This document shows positions 23,144-35,328 of a DNA stretch of 64,000 bases, in pieces. A program made the translations under genes and the position numbers. The stretch's first letter is position 1. Each line of letters begins with the position of its first letter. Below the pieces are notes generated by a model. It did not search any database, had not been told where the DNA came from, and saw nothing but the letters and a program-made list of their open reading frames with translations. The DNA comes from Stylophora pistillata (Eukaryota), in the NCBI RefSeq assembly GCF_002571385.2, contig NW_019217964.1:470174-534173 (forward strand). Reading direction: 5' to 3'.

Positions 23144-24918
23144 CTCCGCTTTCCAACTCAAAACGACTGGAGTTTTCTTATGCACATGGATTGTGCATAG
23201 ATAAAGATTGTGAAGGAAACAGAAGATATTGAAAACATCTTCCTATTAAAGTTAAGAAGATTCACCAACATCTCAGCTAGTAATGCTTTCGAAAACGCTC
23301 TTCGTGAGGCGTCATGTTTAGGTTAGCAAGAAGTTTTATTGACCTTTATTTTGTGGCAGAGTTATATTAGGGATGAAAGAAAATTCGTTAAATCTGTCAA
23401 AAAGAGAGAAAAGTGATATTTGAAGTTAGATTATACAAAGCAACAATAGAAAAGAACATTTAGCAGTAATATTACCTGAAATGTATAAACTTTCAAAACG
23501 TAATCATCTTTATTTTGACGTTAATTGATATGATATGAAGTAGGAATTTATTTTTAAGTCGTGTTGTGCCAAGCGATTTTGAAGGATTATAAATTATTAT
23601 AATTATAAAAAATTATTGTTAAAAAGAGTTGACAAAATGTTTTGTGTCATATTAGTTTATAAGAAAAATTTGAAGCGATTTCCTGCACTTATCCACCGAA
23701 AATTAACTCACTTCTCTTAATTTTCTTGAATTATTGAATGTCAGAGTGTGGTTAATTTTTTTACAGTAGTATTATTTTGAACATAACGAATCTCTTGCTT
23801 TCCTTTGAAGCTTACATTGAAATTCATTCATAATTCGCTCTGAGAACGAGTCCTTATGTTAAGGATTGCTGTTCATATTTTATTCTGAAATGATAAACAA
23901 CCCTCTCATTTATATTCCTCAATTTACCATGTACAGTAACGGTCTCTCAACGAAATTAGGAATTATGAATTACAACGGTTTTGCGGAAAACGTTTATTTT
24001 GATGGGATCAAAAGACATTTCCTTTTTTATAATAACGAACTGATCAATGATTCAAACAGTTTTAACACCGCAGATGATGTTGGTAAAAATAATTTGAATT
24101 TGTTGTAATTTCTTGGAAATTAACTACCTTAATCAGTTACTTAGCTAAGCATTTTCCCTTATAATACTTGTTACGACTTGTAAACGTCTTATCAACAAAG
24201 TACGGAAGGAGCTCTTTAAAGCTTGCTAATAAAGTTGATTATTCTGCATGCGGAATCTATATTGCAGAAAAGCGGTGTCGTTGGTCCTCATTTCTGAGAG
24301 ATGCGGCTTATCTTTGTCGTCTAGCTGAAATGTCGCTAAGGCATTGCAAAGAAAACAATTGAATCAACATTTCTCGCGAACTGAAAGAACGACTTCTACC
24401 CTTCAACAGTCAACCACGATATCGCAATAGTTAAGAGAAATGGAGTATCTAAAAACCAACGGTCTACAACAAAATGTTTGAGACAATCTCGCTTTTTCTC
24501 GTGGAAGACAGTGAAACAACGTGTTGCATTTGTTCTATCATAAAAAATGTCATTCTTATATTGGTATAGAATTCTGTGCGAGTATCACCATTGAATCTGA
24601 TAGGGGGAAAAAACTACCAAACTAATCCAAGTGGCTCCAAGAGTACCACTTAAAAAACAAGTGAGGTGTCCCAAATATTTTTGTCCGAGACTGCACCTAG
24701 CAAAAAATAAAAACGGTGGAAAAGGCTTCCTATACCCGTTTAGAATTCTGTCACCAATGTCAGACTGGCCCAGGGATAGACAGAGCCATTAAGCTACGCA
24801 GCCAGAGACAGAAACTGATAACTAGACCAAGCGTAAGAATTGCATCATCTTTCGTCATGTTTCCCATTGTCTTTTTACAGAACCATGGCTAAAATTTCGG
24901 ATTTGACGGCGAAGTGGT

Positions 24919-25722
24919 TTAGAACCTTGCCGTCTTCTTCTTTCTATGATTTTTCTTTCGTCCCTTTTGCCATTCAGCCGCCGTCATTTGTCCTTTGTTT
25001 TTATTTTTCTGCTTTGACTTTGACCCATTTCGTTGTTTATCTCGCTTGTTGTCACTTGTTTCTTTTTCGCTACTAACGCAGAAATCTTCAGCAGAATTGC
25101 TGTCGATGGTTTCTCCACGATCTGAAGCTGTTTCCTCATTGCTAAAATTACGTCTTCCTGAATATTCTCGTTCATGCGTGTCTCTGCTGGGTCCTGAGGC
25201 CGACGAGTTACGAGGATTTTTTTTCCGCTGTTTTCCCTTCTTTGACGCTTTAGTGGAAGTCTCGTGTGCACTGGATGGTCTTCCATCCTGAAACCGAGAA
25301 TGATGCCATCGTTCGAAAGATTCGTGAGACCTTGGACGGTTGAAGAAAGGCCCTCCAAACGGTCCAAACGGGAAGTGAGCTTCTTCGGGGCCAATGTCGT
25401 CGTCAAAAATTCCTCCAAACATTCTCCTTAACATCTCCTCTCTCATCCTTCTTCTCATCATTTCCCGAAATATTACAAAGTGGAAGAAGTCATTATGTCC
25501 GCTGAAATATTCCTCATCGACGGACTCTGTTCTCAAACTTGAATTAATTCTCTCGTATCCTTCACTTAGCGCCTGAAATTTCTCTGTAGCTTGTGGATCC
25601 TGGGGATTCTTGTCGGGATGGCATTCTTTCGCCTTCTTCATGTACGCTTTTCGCACTTCCTCGTCGGTAGCATCCACTGGAAGCCCAAGAAGATCATAGC
25701 TCTCTTTCAGGTTTGTTGCCAT
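24919..25722 (-). CDS. Intronless DnaJ/J-domain protein, 267 aa
   Basis: ATG at 25722 (the ORF track starts at an upstream TTG). J domain YDLLGL..ATDEEVRKAY..CHPDKN..ATEKFQALSEGYE with HPD motif, a G/F-rich stretch and a Lys/Arg-rich tail. Confidence 0.85.
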   Translation of the reverse strand: MATNLKESYDLLGLPVDATDEEVRKAYMKKAKECHPDKNPQDPQATEKFQALSEGYERINSSLRTESVDEEYFSGHNDFFHFVIFREMMRRRMREEMLRRMFGGIFDDDIGPEEAHFPFGPFGGPFFNRPRSHESFERWHHSRFQDGRPSSAHETSTKASKKGKQRKKNPRNSSASGPSRDTHEREYSGRRNFSNEETASDRGETIDSNSAEDFCVSSEKETSDNKRDKQRNGSKSKQKNKNKGQMTAAEWQKGRKKNHRKKKTARF

Positions 25723-27129
25723 ATTGATATGACTTGTTTTTAAAATTGAATCATGATAACAGGAAGAACCAGTCGAATCTTGCTTTTTTTTAGCGGCTCT
25801 GGTCGATGAGCTAATTATTTCAGCCAATCAGAAAGCTAAACAGGGGCAGCTGTGACGTTTCTAAAATTCTCGGAAATGTTATGTTTTTCGTAGAACTAGT
25901 TCTAATAACCACCTCATGCAGATTTTTTTGGAGGCAAGTTTAAAAATTCGGCAAACTAAAAGACAGTATTGGGTCATTTATAAGTGGTTCGGTTCTTTGG
26001 TTTGCCTGTTAACGTTATTCAAATTTAGCTAAGCAATGAAAAGATAATTCGGTTTTATCAAGTTGACAATGTAAATTGGTCACCATGAAGAGTTTTATTA
26101 AGCTGAAGTTTCGAGCGTTAGCCACCGACGCAGCACCACCGTTTATTCAGAAATTTACCCCCTTTATGCGTTTATCTGAGAAAAAGCCAGGATTACCGGA
26201 GCTGAAAGAAATGTCCCATCATTCCATTTCCGCATTCGAAAAAATCTCTATAATTATTTACAGCTTGTACACGTGCCAGACAATTGATGTTCAAAGGAAA
26301 AATGTGATAACGCAACAGTATTCGAAGATGAAAAATTCTAATTCTGACTCGAAGAGGAGTCAAAAGACAAAGAGTTGTTGGAAACTCAATATGACTGATC
26401 ATAACTTTCGTCGATCCGAGAGTGAGCAGTATGTAATGCAATTTTCATTGAAGCAAAACGTATTTTCCCAAAAAAGTGACTTTCCTTTCATAATCATATG
26501 CACAAATACTGCTCTTGGACAAAAAAAAAGACAGTTAAGTACACCGTAGGGAAGAGATTTGAATATCAAACAGCGGTAAATTTTTTCTTATGTATCGTTT
26601 CAAACCGGAAGTGATGTTGGAACCTGTTGTGTCTCTGGTCTAATGCCAGGTGTGACTTGCTTCAAGATCAACAGATAAAAAGCATTGAAATGCAAAAGCT
26701 TCTTGGGCTTGTTTAAAAACCAACGAGCCGTAAGTCAGCATACCTCCTCAACAACTAATGCAGTCCAAATGGTTGCCATAATCTTGTCCCATTAACCCAA
26801 TACGCCGCAGCACACAAATTTTCTTACAAAAATATTTGCACTTTATTGCAAAAACAAAGTGTAATATATAAATGTCAGCCAAACAGCGACACAATATAAC
26901 CATCACCCAACATTCAGCACATCTCCGAACATCATAGTTTTCGCAGAAAATCGACTGGACGTTTTTTCTGCGTTTTTTGTAAGGAGTAGTCTTTTTTCTT
27001 GGAATCCTGTTAGGTGCAGTATTAGCGCAGATCAGGCAGAAAACTGACTAAGAATCAATTGAACAATTATCCATACTTATACTACTGTTCGTTTTTACCA
27101 CTATTAACAAATTAGATGAGGCTAAAAGA

Positions 27130-28826
27130 TTAGGGCGTGTCACTGCCTGATAGTTTAGGTCGCAAATCTCTCCATGCGTCCATTTTCATGTCACGTGACT
27201 GAGCCACGTCCGCCAGCTGCAATATGTGTTCTCCAATCACTTTTTCCTTTCCGAGTTTGTCGTGTCCATAAAGCCTGATTCTTATGGCCATTCTAAATAA
27301 GTCCTGCTGTAAAACTCGATCAAATACAAATTTTTCGTCGAATTTTGGATGCCTCGTTGGTCGTGACTTGCTCTTAAAGCGTTGTCGTCTTGAGGGGAGT
27401 AATAGAAGGTGAAAGCGACAATGTGAGCTGCCTCCTCGACTCTTAGAAGGAAGTTCTCTAGCCTCCAAGATCGTGATGGCTACACGCCCTACATTCACTG
27501 AGTATTCAACTTGAAAATGAACGCTTCCAAAAACTGGGACCTGATCGACCTCTTTCAGTCCTGTATCTACTTGGATGTCTCCGTATGCAGAGACAGTCTT
27601 TTGCGTATCGTCCCTGCCGGCATCCATTTCAAACGTTGGCAACTTCTCTGGGGAATCCTCTCCGGGAACGACTCCATCTCTTTCTTCCTCGTGGCTTTCT
27701 TCCTCTTCAGAAGTGTCCGCTGGTTCCTCTCCTAGTTCCTCATATCCAGCGCCCTTGATTTTCTGGGGAGGTTCCATCTTGGAACAGGGGCACATTTCTT
27801 TGTTCAGGCAATAGTATGTGGCCAAAAGGCCGATTAAAATGATCACGATGAACACCAGGAAAATGACAGCTGGAACATACCCTAGAAACAAGAAAAGACT
27901 TAACGTCACCGTCAACAAGTAAAATAAAACTTTCGTATTTCCTTTTTCTTTTTTTTAGCCGAACACTCAAGGGCTTAGCCAACATAATCACCAACTCAAT
28001 GTCTATCACAGTCTATGTAATATGTAATCAAACCCCCGACTCGAACAATAGAAAGGTACTCCATTCGCATAAAAAAGGTAGATATGGCGACTTGATAAGC
28101 GCGAAGCAATTCAATTAGCAAATACGGTTTGACAATCTGCCACCGTATCAACGGACAGTTTGTGCCGTTATGACGTCATGTAAACGTTTACGGCTCTTTA
28201 TTTCATAGAAAGGTCTCATAAATCTCCTTCAAAATTGAGAGAAAATGGAGCACAACGAGAAAAAAATAACAATCTTTCTATCGAAACCATGTTAACGTCT
28301 GCCTGTAGCTGTAATTAATAGAAGGTTATAAAAATGCATTGTGCTTGCAAAACAGCTTCACTGTGGGATCCTCTTGTGAAAACATGAAAGTGCCTTTAAT
28401 CAGTCTTAATCACTTCAGTTCGAATCTCCGCGCATGTTACAGTTTTGGGAATATTTCCTCCCTCGTTTCCCATCTGATTTCCGTCTCTGTCGATGAAAAC
28501 ATTTCTCATATATGATGACTAACACCAGACTGGCAATATTTAAAGGATGCAATAAATGAATGCTTCCTATGATAACATCAAAGACTTGGCTGGAGATAAA
28601 ATATAGTTTCCGTGCGGCAGCCACTGACGAGTCTGAGATGTCTACGAACAGCCTGTTTTTATCAACTGCAACCATGATTATCTTTTTTCAGATCAATACA
28701 ATCAGAACTACGACAAGTTAATAATAATAATATCTTGATGAAACAATGGCTAACATGATTTGCAGCTCCAATCTGCTTTAAATTAAAGCACCCTCGCTTA
28801 CCGGGCGGAATTAAGCTCCACATCAT
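27130..28826 (-). CDS. Synaptotagmin-14/16-like membrane protein with a single C2 domain, ~258 aa
   Basis: Exons 28826-28802 (MMWSLIPP, donor GTAAGC, phase 1) and 27881-27130. TM AVIFLVFIVIILIGLLATYY, Cys cluster CLNKEMCPC, acidic linker, and a C2A matching Syt14/16 (PSKSRGGSS..HLLLLPSRRQRFK, MAIRIRLYG..KEKVIGE). Confidence 0.8.
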
Positions 28827-30876
28827 ATGTTCGCCGCCCACCGGTGTTGTGTTAATTTCTGTTTGTAACTGGTTACCACTCGTGACTCAATGTTCAATAT
28901 TCATTCGAACGCCAACATATTAAGACTGACAAAAAAGAGGTCCATGTATTTCTCCTTGATTATCCGCGGTTGATCTGCGTTTCCTCCGGTTGCACTGAAT
29001 CACTTTTAGATAATGTATGGATGCTTAGCATCCTCATTCTGTTTCTGTGGCAACAGGAATTGTCGAATTTCAAAGTTTATTTATCAAATACAGTTGCGTG
29101 CTAAACACAGCTATATTTAATGTCGCCTACAACTTGACTTGGTATTGTTAAGTGTTTTTTTACCTCTTATTTTTCATTTTCGGTTACTGGGTTTGGAAGT
29201 TGATGAACAGGCACTCAGCGATCGCTTAGGGAAAAAGACGAAAAAACCAAACCGGTATTGAAATCACTTCTGCTTTATCTATGTAAAGTGCGAGGTTGTC
29301 TATCAGTTGTCAGGCTCATCGCCTCCAACAAAACAGCGATTTCCAATTTCCCGGACAAGGTAATTGAAGTTTGAAAGGCGATTTACAAGTTTTGATTTCG
29401 TCCTGTCTAAGATGAATTGTCCAATCGAAACTCGAAAGCATGGCTTCGATGGCATCTGAGATGGTTCTGTTTTTTTTTTTTTTTTTAATACAACTCCCTT
29501 TATGTCAGAACTGCGGAAGTGTGACTGAATTTCGTATGTTATGCAAATCGACCAATTTGGGGGTGAAATGGCCTATCACCAAGAGCACATCCTTCTAATG
29601 AGCGCCAAAAGATCCCACGAAATATCGACATTAGTTACCAAAGATGTCATATCCTTGTTTTTTGTTTTGTTTTTTACCTTGCAGTATTTGCAAAAAACAG
29701 CGGAAAAACGGGCCGTTAAACAGTTGGGAAATCATCGCGGTTCGCGTTTGAGCGCGCGCGCCAAAAAATACCAAAAAGGCTAATTGCAGCTGTGAATACA
29801 TTTTCTTCTTAGTAACTTAGCGAGGAACGCTTAGAAACCAGATACAGAAAAAAACTGGAGGTATACTGGTGCAGTTTATTAAGTCCACAACGGAAAGCTT
29901 CTACAAGATTAAGCAAGATAAATTGAACGAGTTGTCGCTGTCTGGCTGACTGATTTTGTAACTGAAGAATTTACACAACAAAGAACGTCGCTAAATTTGT
30001 TTTAAACCACTACTTTGATAGATTCTCGTTTCTTCTTCACTTTTTCAAAGTCAGAGTAAAGCACTTCTTTTGAGAAATGAAGCAATTGACAATAAAGTTG
30101 GATAATTTGTTATCCAAGGACTTTAAATTTCCCCAATCATTAAGTAATCAGTCTCCAAAGCGCCTCAATTCCTCAGTAAACTGCACCGAGCCAATTCAGT
30201 AAAAATCTGGGCTTTTCATCCTATCTACAGTGAACCAAATTCTGCAGTTGCTCAAGTATAATTCATCACTAAAATCTCGACCCACTTTATATCAGTTCGA
30301 TTCTTCGCATTCAACAGGTATTAATTTTGTTAACTATTAGACTAATCCACATCAGACGTAAAATGCTCGAAAGGGTATTCTCTGATCACAAGGTAAACTA
30401 GAACTTTCTAACCGCTTGACTCTCTCACGAATTTTCACCACTTACAGAATGGATGTACTGCTTTATACAAGTCGGTACTAAATCATCATAAATCGATTTG
30501 AAAATGTACTCAATAACTTAAGCAAACTTTTCCCCTACAGAGTTCTACTACCATTACTGACTCGCACAATATTGCGGTAGCCCATCTCTTCAGCTAAATA
30601 ACTTTCTATACGGACGATGAAACCGTTATTCCCTGCCCTGAAATAGTATGTCATTAGAACTCACTCGCCGTTTGTCCGCTGGTTGAGGGAAAATACAAAC
30701 CAGCATTCTAAGTTCGTGTTGTTTGTTGTCGATTTGGTTCAATTATTTTCGACCGTGCTCACTACGCCTCAACGATGACACGAAAAGCGTCATTGGAATA
30801 ACCTGTTCATACTTAATAATCCCTCTTTATGACTGCAGAAAAGAATAACGGAAAATGACAAAAATCTATAACTTAC

Positions 30877-30883
30877 AGTCCAT
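30877..30883 (-). CDS. Possible alternative first coding exon (ATG GAC T) of the Syt14-like gene
   Basis: AACATGGACT|GTAAGT on the minus strand. Phase 1 joins exon 27881 in frame (MDWYVPAV...). Confidence 0.45.
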
Positions 30884-31559
30884 GTTCGATCAAGCCTCGG
30901 CGATGATGAAGATAGTGCTTTTACGCCCCCACAGGCAAATAATTCCAACACATGCTGCCTGAACGAGGAAATGTCCCTACTCCAGCATACTTAGACGAAG
31001 ATATCTTGGAGCCTGATTCTTAACGACCAAGTTAGGAGCAAATTGTTAACAGGAAGGTAAAACGACCAGCTGAAATCCGGGCGACGAATTTTTTGACGTT
31101 GGAATGGAATTTCAATCATCAAATGTCGTTAATTACGCGACCTTGATATTTATCTTGAATATAGATTTTGCATCAATCAACATATTTTATGTTAGTGATG
31201 TAAACTATTTACATACCAAAGGAGCCGATATCTCCACGGACTTGGACATCCCTCATCACCCACTTTAAATTTAAATGGGCCGTCCCAAAGCTCATGGACC
31301 CAACTGAGTGTACTTTTATTATGCGTTTTGGTATTATGGATATAAATCTGGTTTTATTTTTCAGGGAATTACCTGTGCGTATCAGCGTATTTGTGTCTTA
31401 AATGATAGAGAAAATATACCGATCATGTGTACTATAGGTAGTGTCGGGATCGATATAGGGGTCGATTGTCGGTCGATATACATCGGTCGAGAGTCGTCCG
31501 ATATCTCGATCGACTACTGTCGTTACTTCACTGATGTGTCACCGACACTTCACCGCTAC

Positions 31560-33283
31560 CATCCTCGGAGACTCACGGGCTGAGTCGATTTCAAGTTAGG
31601 GCGTGGAGAGCCCCTGGGGACATTGTCTTAAAAGACTAGTTCCAAACGGTCGCAGTCGTTCTGCCATCTGATGAGTGCCAGAAAATCTTTGTGTTTTTCT
31701 GTCCAATCAGAGTGAAGTGTGCTTTAGAGTCCTGTCGTGTGTTTTAACACGGACGTATACTACTAGCTCAGTTGCTCGCTATGTTTGTTTGGACCGTGCG
31801 ACGGAGATTTGCTTGAGGTGAAAAGTTTCAGTCTCGGCACACAATGTAAGAGAAATCGATCAGATTGTCAGCGAAAATCTTACCGGGAATTATACTGAAT
31901 ACTTTCGCAGGTATCACTAGAGAGCGTGTTTTAAAGTTTGCGAAGTATTGTATACAAGACGATGGTTACTGTCATTGATATGTCGCTTTAAACAATAAAC
32001 GAAATTTAAGCTTAAATCTTTCTAGATTTTTTGCATAATTTTCTGCGACTGAAACTTTGCCGTGAAGTTATTTCGTCGCATGGGCCACGCAGGTATGTTG
32101 AGCAACTTGCGCTTTTGCCTACGTAGCTTTCTGCTTTCTTTTTCTGTGCATGCCAAAATCTAATCTTCACCTTGTAGTAAACTCGTTCACAATATGGCCA
32201 GGGTTGCAGAGAACGTTAAGTTCATGGATGACCTCCAGCAAGTGCTAAGAGAAAGCTTAGCTGTGTTTCCAGTTAGCTAATTAAAATCTGAACAAAAACT
32301 TCTTAACGAGAACATCATGGGAAGGAGAGATGTTTTCGGGCAGTTACCGAAGGTGTTTGGAAAGAGTTTAATCTTTCAACTGCTGCCTAGAGTGTTGAAA
32401 TTCTTCAGCAAGGAAGGTCACAGATTCTCTTCTAGTCCCTTAGCTTGGTCATTGTCATTTAACCTCTTCTGATGATTGTTGAAGACCAAGTTAAATACCT
32501 TTGATCATTGGGAATCGATCCGATGCTGCTTTCAATGGGAAACACAAAACCAAAGACCACGAAATATTGGATGGAAAGGGCGGGTTTGCTTTATTGCAAA
32601 TGTCAGCTTAGTAGTACGGGGTCATCTACCCACATCTCATAAGCAAAAGTTTCCACGCTTAACTTTTCTTTTTTTTCGAGCGAAGTTGAGATTAGATTTT
32701 GGCACGCACAGAAAGTTGCGCAAGTACCAGTTGCTCGACATACCTGCGTGGCCCGTGCGACGAAATAACTTCACAGGATTGGCAAAACGTTTCAGTCACA
32801 GCAAACTATGCAAAAAATCTGGAAAGATTTAAGCTGAAATTTCGTTTAACGTTTAAAGCGACATATCAATGACTGCAACCATCGTGTTGTATACAAACCT
32901 CGCAAACTTTAAAACACGTTCTCTAGTGATATCAGCGAAAGTATTCAGTATAATTTCCGGTTAGATTTTCGCTGACAATCTGATCGATTTCTCTTACTTT
33001 GTGTGCCGAGACTGAAACTTTTCGCCTCAAGCAAATCTCCGTCGCACGGTCGAAACAAACGTAGCGAGCAACTGAGCCAGTTGTATTAGTCCGTCTCAAA
33101 ACACGCTAAAGGACTCTAAAGCACACTTCACTCTGATTGGGCAGAAAAACAACGATTTTCTGGCACCAATCAGATGGCAGAACGACTGCGACCGTTTGGA
33201 ACTTGTCTTGTAAGAAAATGTCCCCAGGGGCTCTTCACGCCCTGACTTGAAATCGACCCACAGCCCCTGGGTCTCCGAGGATG
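31560..33283 (+). mobile_element. Internally deleted AcademH-like DNA transposon with ~600-bp TIRs and a RecQ-helicase remnant
   Basis: CA...TG termini, TIRs 31560-32170 / 32685-33283, 9-bp TSD CACCGCTAC / CACCCCTAC. Internal 32194-32520 reads LKSEQ..GRRDVFGQLPKVFGKSLIFQLLP and then VIVI*PL..EDQVKYL (RecQ motifs I/Ia) with stops. Confidence 0.8.
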
Positions 33284-33989
33284 CACCCCTACTTAACCGA
33301 GTATGAGTCAAGTATCGGTCGATTGCCAGTCGATAGTCGGTCTATGGTTTGTCGATGCACGTCGATACTTCATGATCACTCATATTTTCAGTGCCCGGTT
33401 CAAATACGAAGCGAATCCTGTGTTGTGATTCCGAGCGGGCAAGATTGGCCCATCTTGCAAAGTCCGTAAGTTTTGGACAATGTTAGTGATACAGTCGCAA
33501 AAAGCGGGAGAAGACAGGAAAGGCATAAATGGCTCTTGTGGGTTTATTATGCTACAAAAACAGTTGGCTTTCTTGATCAGCAATGATCTTCCTTTGTACC
33601 AAATCCTCAGTATAACCTTTATTGACCAAGCTTGTTTGGTCCAGGAAACTGGATGTTATCCTCATTCCTTTTTTGCCTTTTTTATGGACCTCTACATAGG
33701 CGGTCCATAAAAACGCAAAAACAAACAAACAAAAAAAAACAAACAAAAAAAAAACAAAACAAAAACGCTGAAAGACAAAACACACCGAGTATCAGTCGAA
33801 AATCACTTGTTATCAAACTAAATTTGATTTACCCCTAAATTTAATTCGTCTAGAAATTTTGCTTAATTAAGCAGCGCTTCTGGAAGGAACCGAACCAACC
33901 TCATGGAGCAGAGACAGCCTGAATTTGTTTTCGAAGCGAATGTACTGGGTACGAATTCGTGCGAAGCGGCCGGATACGGTCAGATGCGC

Positions 33990-34350
33990 GCATTCAATCT
34001 GTAGGTTCTAACCTTGATACTCGAGCTCTGTAAGTGTTACACACCTATTCGGTCGGCTGTCAGGTGCTGGCTGTAAAAATTACCAGTTCTACGTAGTCAT
34101 TCGGTCTGTAATCAAAATAACCCCGTATGTTTTGCGCACTGATTCGGCATGTTGAAACATTTACTCTACCAGTTAGGTGCACTTATTTGGTCGGTTGTAA
34201 ACAGTATCTTCCGTCAGTTGTGCGCATTTAATTACTCTGTCAGTTTTACACACTAATTTAATCGGTTCCAAACTTGATACGTTCTCAGTTGTTGGTTCTT
34301 ATTCGGTCGGATGACAAAAAATATTCTGTCAGCTGTATGCACTTATTGAT
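33990..34350. repeat. Degenerate ~42-bp minisatellite
   Basis: Recurring CAGTT..GCACTTATTCGGTCGG units. Confidence 0.55.
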
Positions 34351-34703
34351 AGAATGTAAACGAACGAGTCACAATTTATCGCGAAGGGGCAGGATGAGAG
34401 GTCCGAGGATTTAAGGGGGGTGAACACAAATTTTGGGAGAAAGAGGGGGGGTAGTCACTGATAGAGTATTTCAGTCATCCCCTCTCCCCTCCTCTCCTCC
34501 TTCCTTTCACTGTTGAGTTTTTTAAGTACTTGTCTAATGCGCGCCCTTCCGACAAGTATGACTTATTTAGTGTATTAATATTAAGATAAAAATTTCGAAA
34601 TTTTCATTACTTAGTGCTCTTGTGATTGCGCATCACTAGCAGTAATCGTTTTACTTCGAAATTTTCATTACTTAGTGCTCTTGTGATAAAATGCTAAGCT
34701 TAC

Positions 34704-34841
34704 TGAATAAAGGCTGATAGTTTGTAAAGAAACTGTTTGAGGCTGCGTCGGTAGGGGTCAACGAAGTTGAAATGGTAAATTGGCTGAATAAGTTTGGACG
34801 AATAAGTTTGGATGAATAAGTTTGACTGAATAAGTTTGGAC
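34704..34841. repeat. Truncated family-B element followed by 13-bp tandem repeat (GAATAAGTTTGGA/C)x4
   Basis: Starts with the same TGAATAAAGGCTGATAGTTT terminus as the 38119 copy. Confidence 0.7.
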
Positions 34842-35328
34842 GGGCCGGACTTGCGCTTCTTGCCGCCAATGTTGCACTAAGAGAAAAATGTCGTATTATT
34901 TTCTCTTGCCTGTTACACCTAACTCTTCCTATAATCTTCACGTATCTGTTTGATTTGAATCTAATGTACGTAGACTTTAGATTAGAATTTAGACCTCTAG
35001 ATTTGTTTAATCATATCAGTTTCCTTGTTCTTGACTTTGTTTTACTGCTAGTGATGCGCAAGAAATTGAAGAATATTCAGTTGACGCGAAAGATTCATTG
35101 CCCCACCGCCTTAACTTCTGAATTTTGGTCATTTCAATAAAGGTTAGCCATTGTTTCATAAAACCGCGTCCTAAACTATGTTCGATTTTTCCGAACCTTT
35201 AACACAATTATTTTCTAACAGTGGAAGATATTGTAGAGAATCACTACAAAGACCATTATCGTTTGGGCTAGTTTTGGGTGAACGGCCGAGAGACTAGCAA
35301 GGGATTGGGTATGAGTTGAGTGGTGATA

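Noticed and set aside
25723-25827. N-terminal extension of the DnaJ ORF
   Set aside because: It starts at TTG; the first ATG at 25722 directly precedes the J domain.
33990-34350. CRISPR-like repeat-spacer array
   Set aside because: Eukaryotic context, degenerate contiguous units with no unique spacers, and no cas genes.
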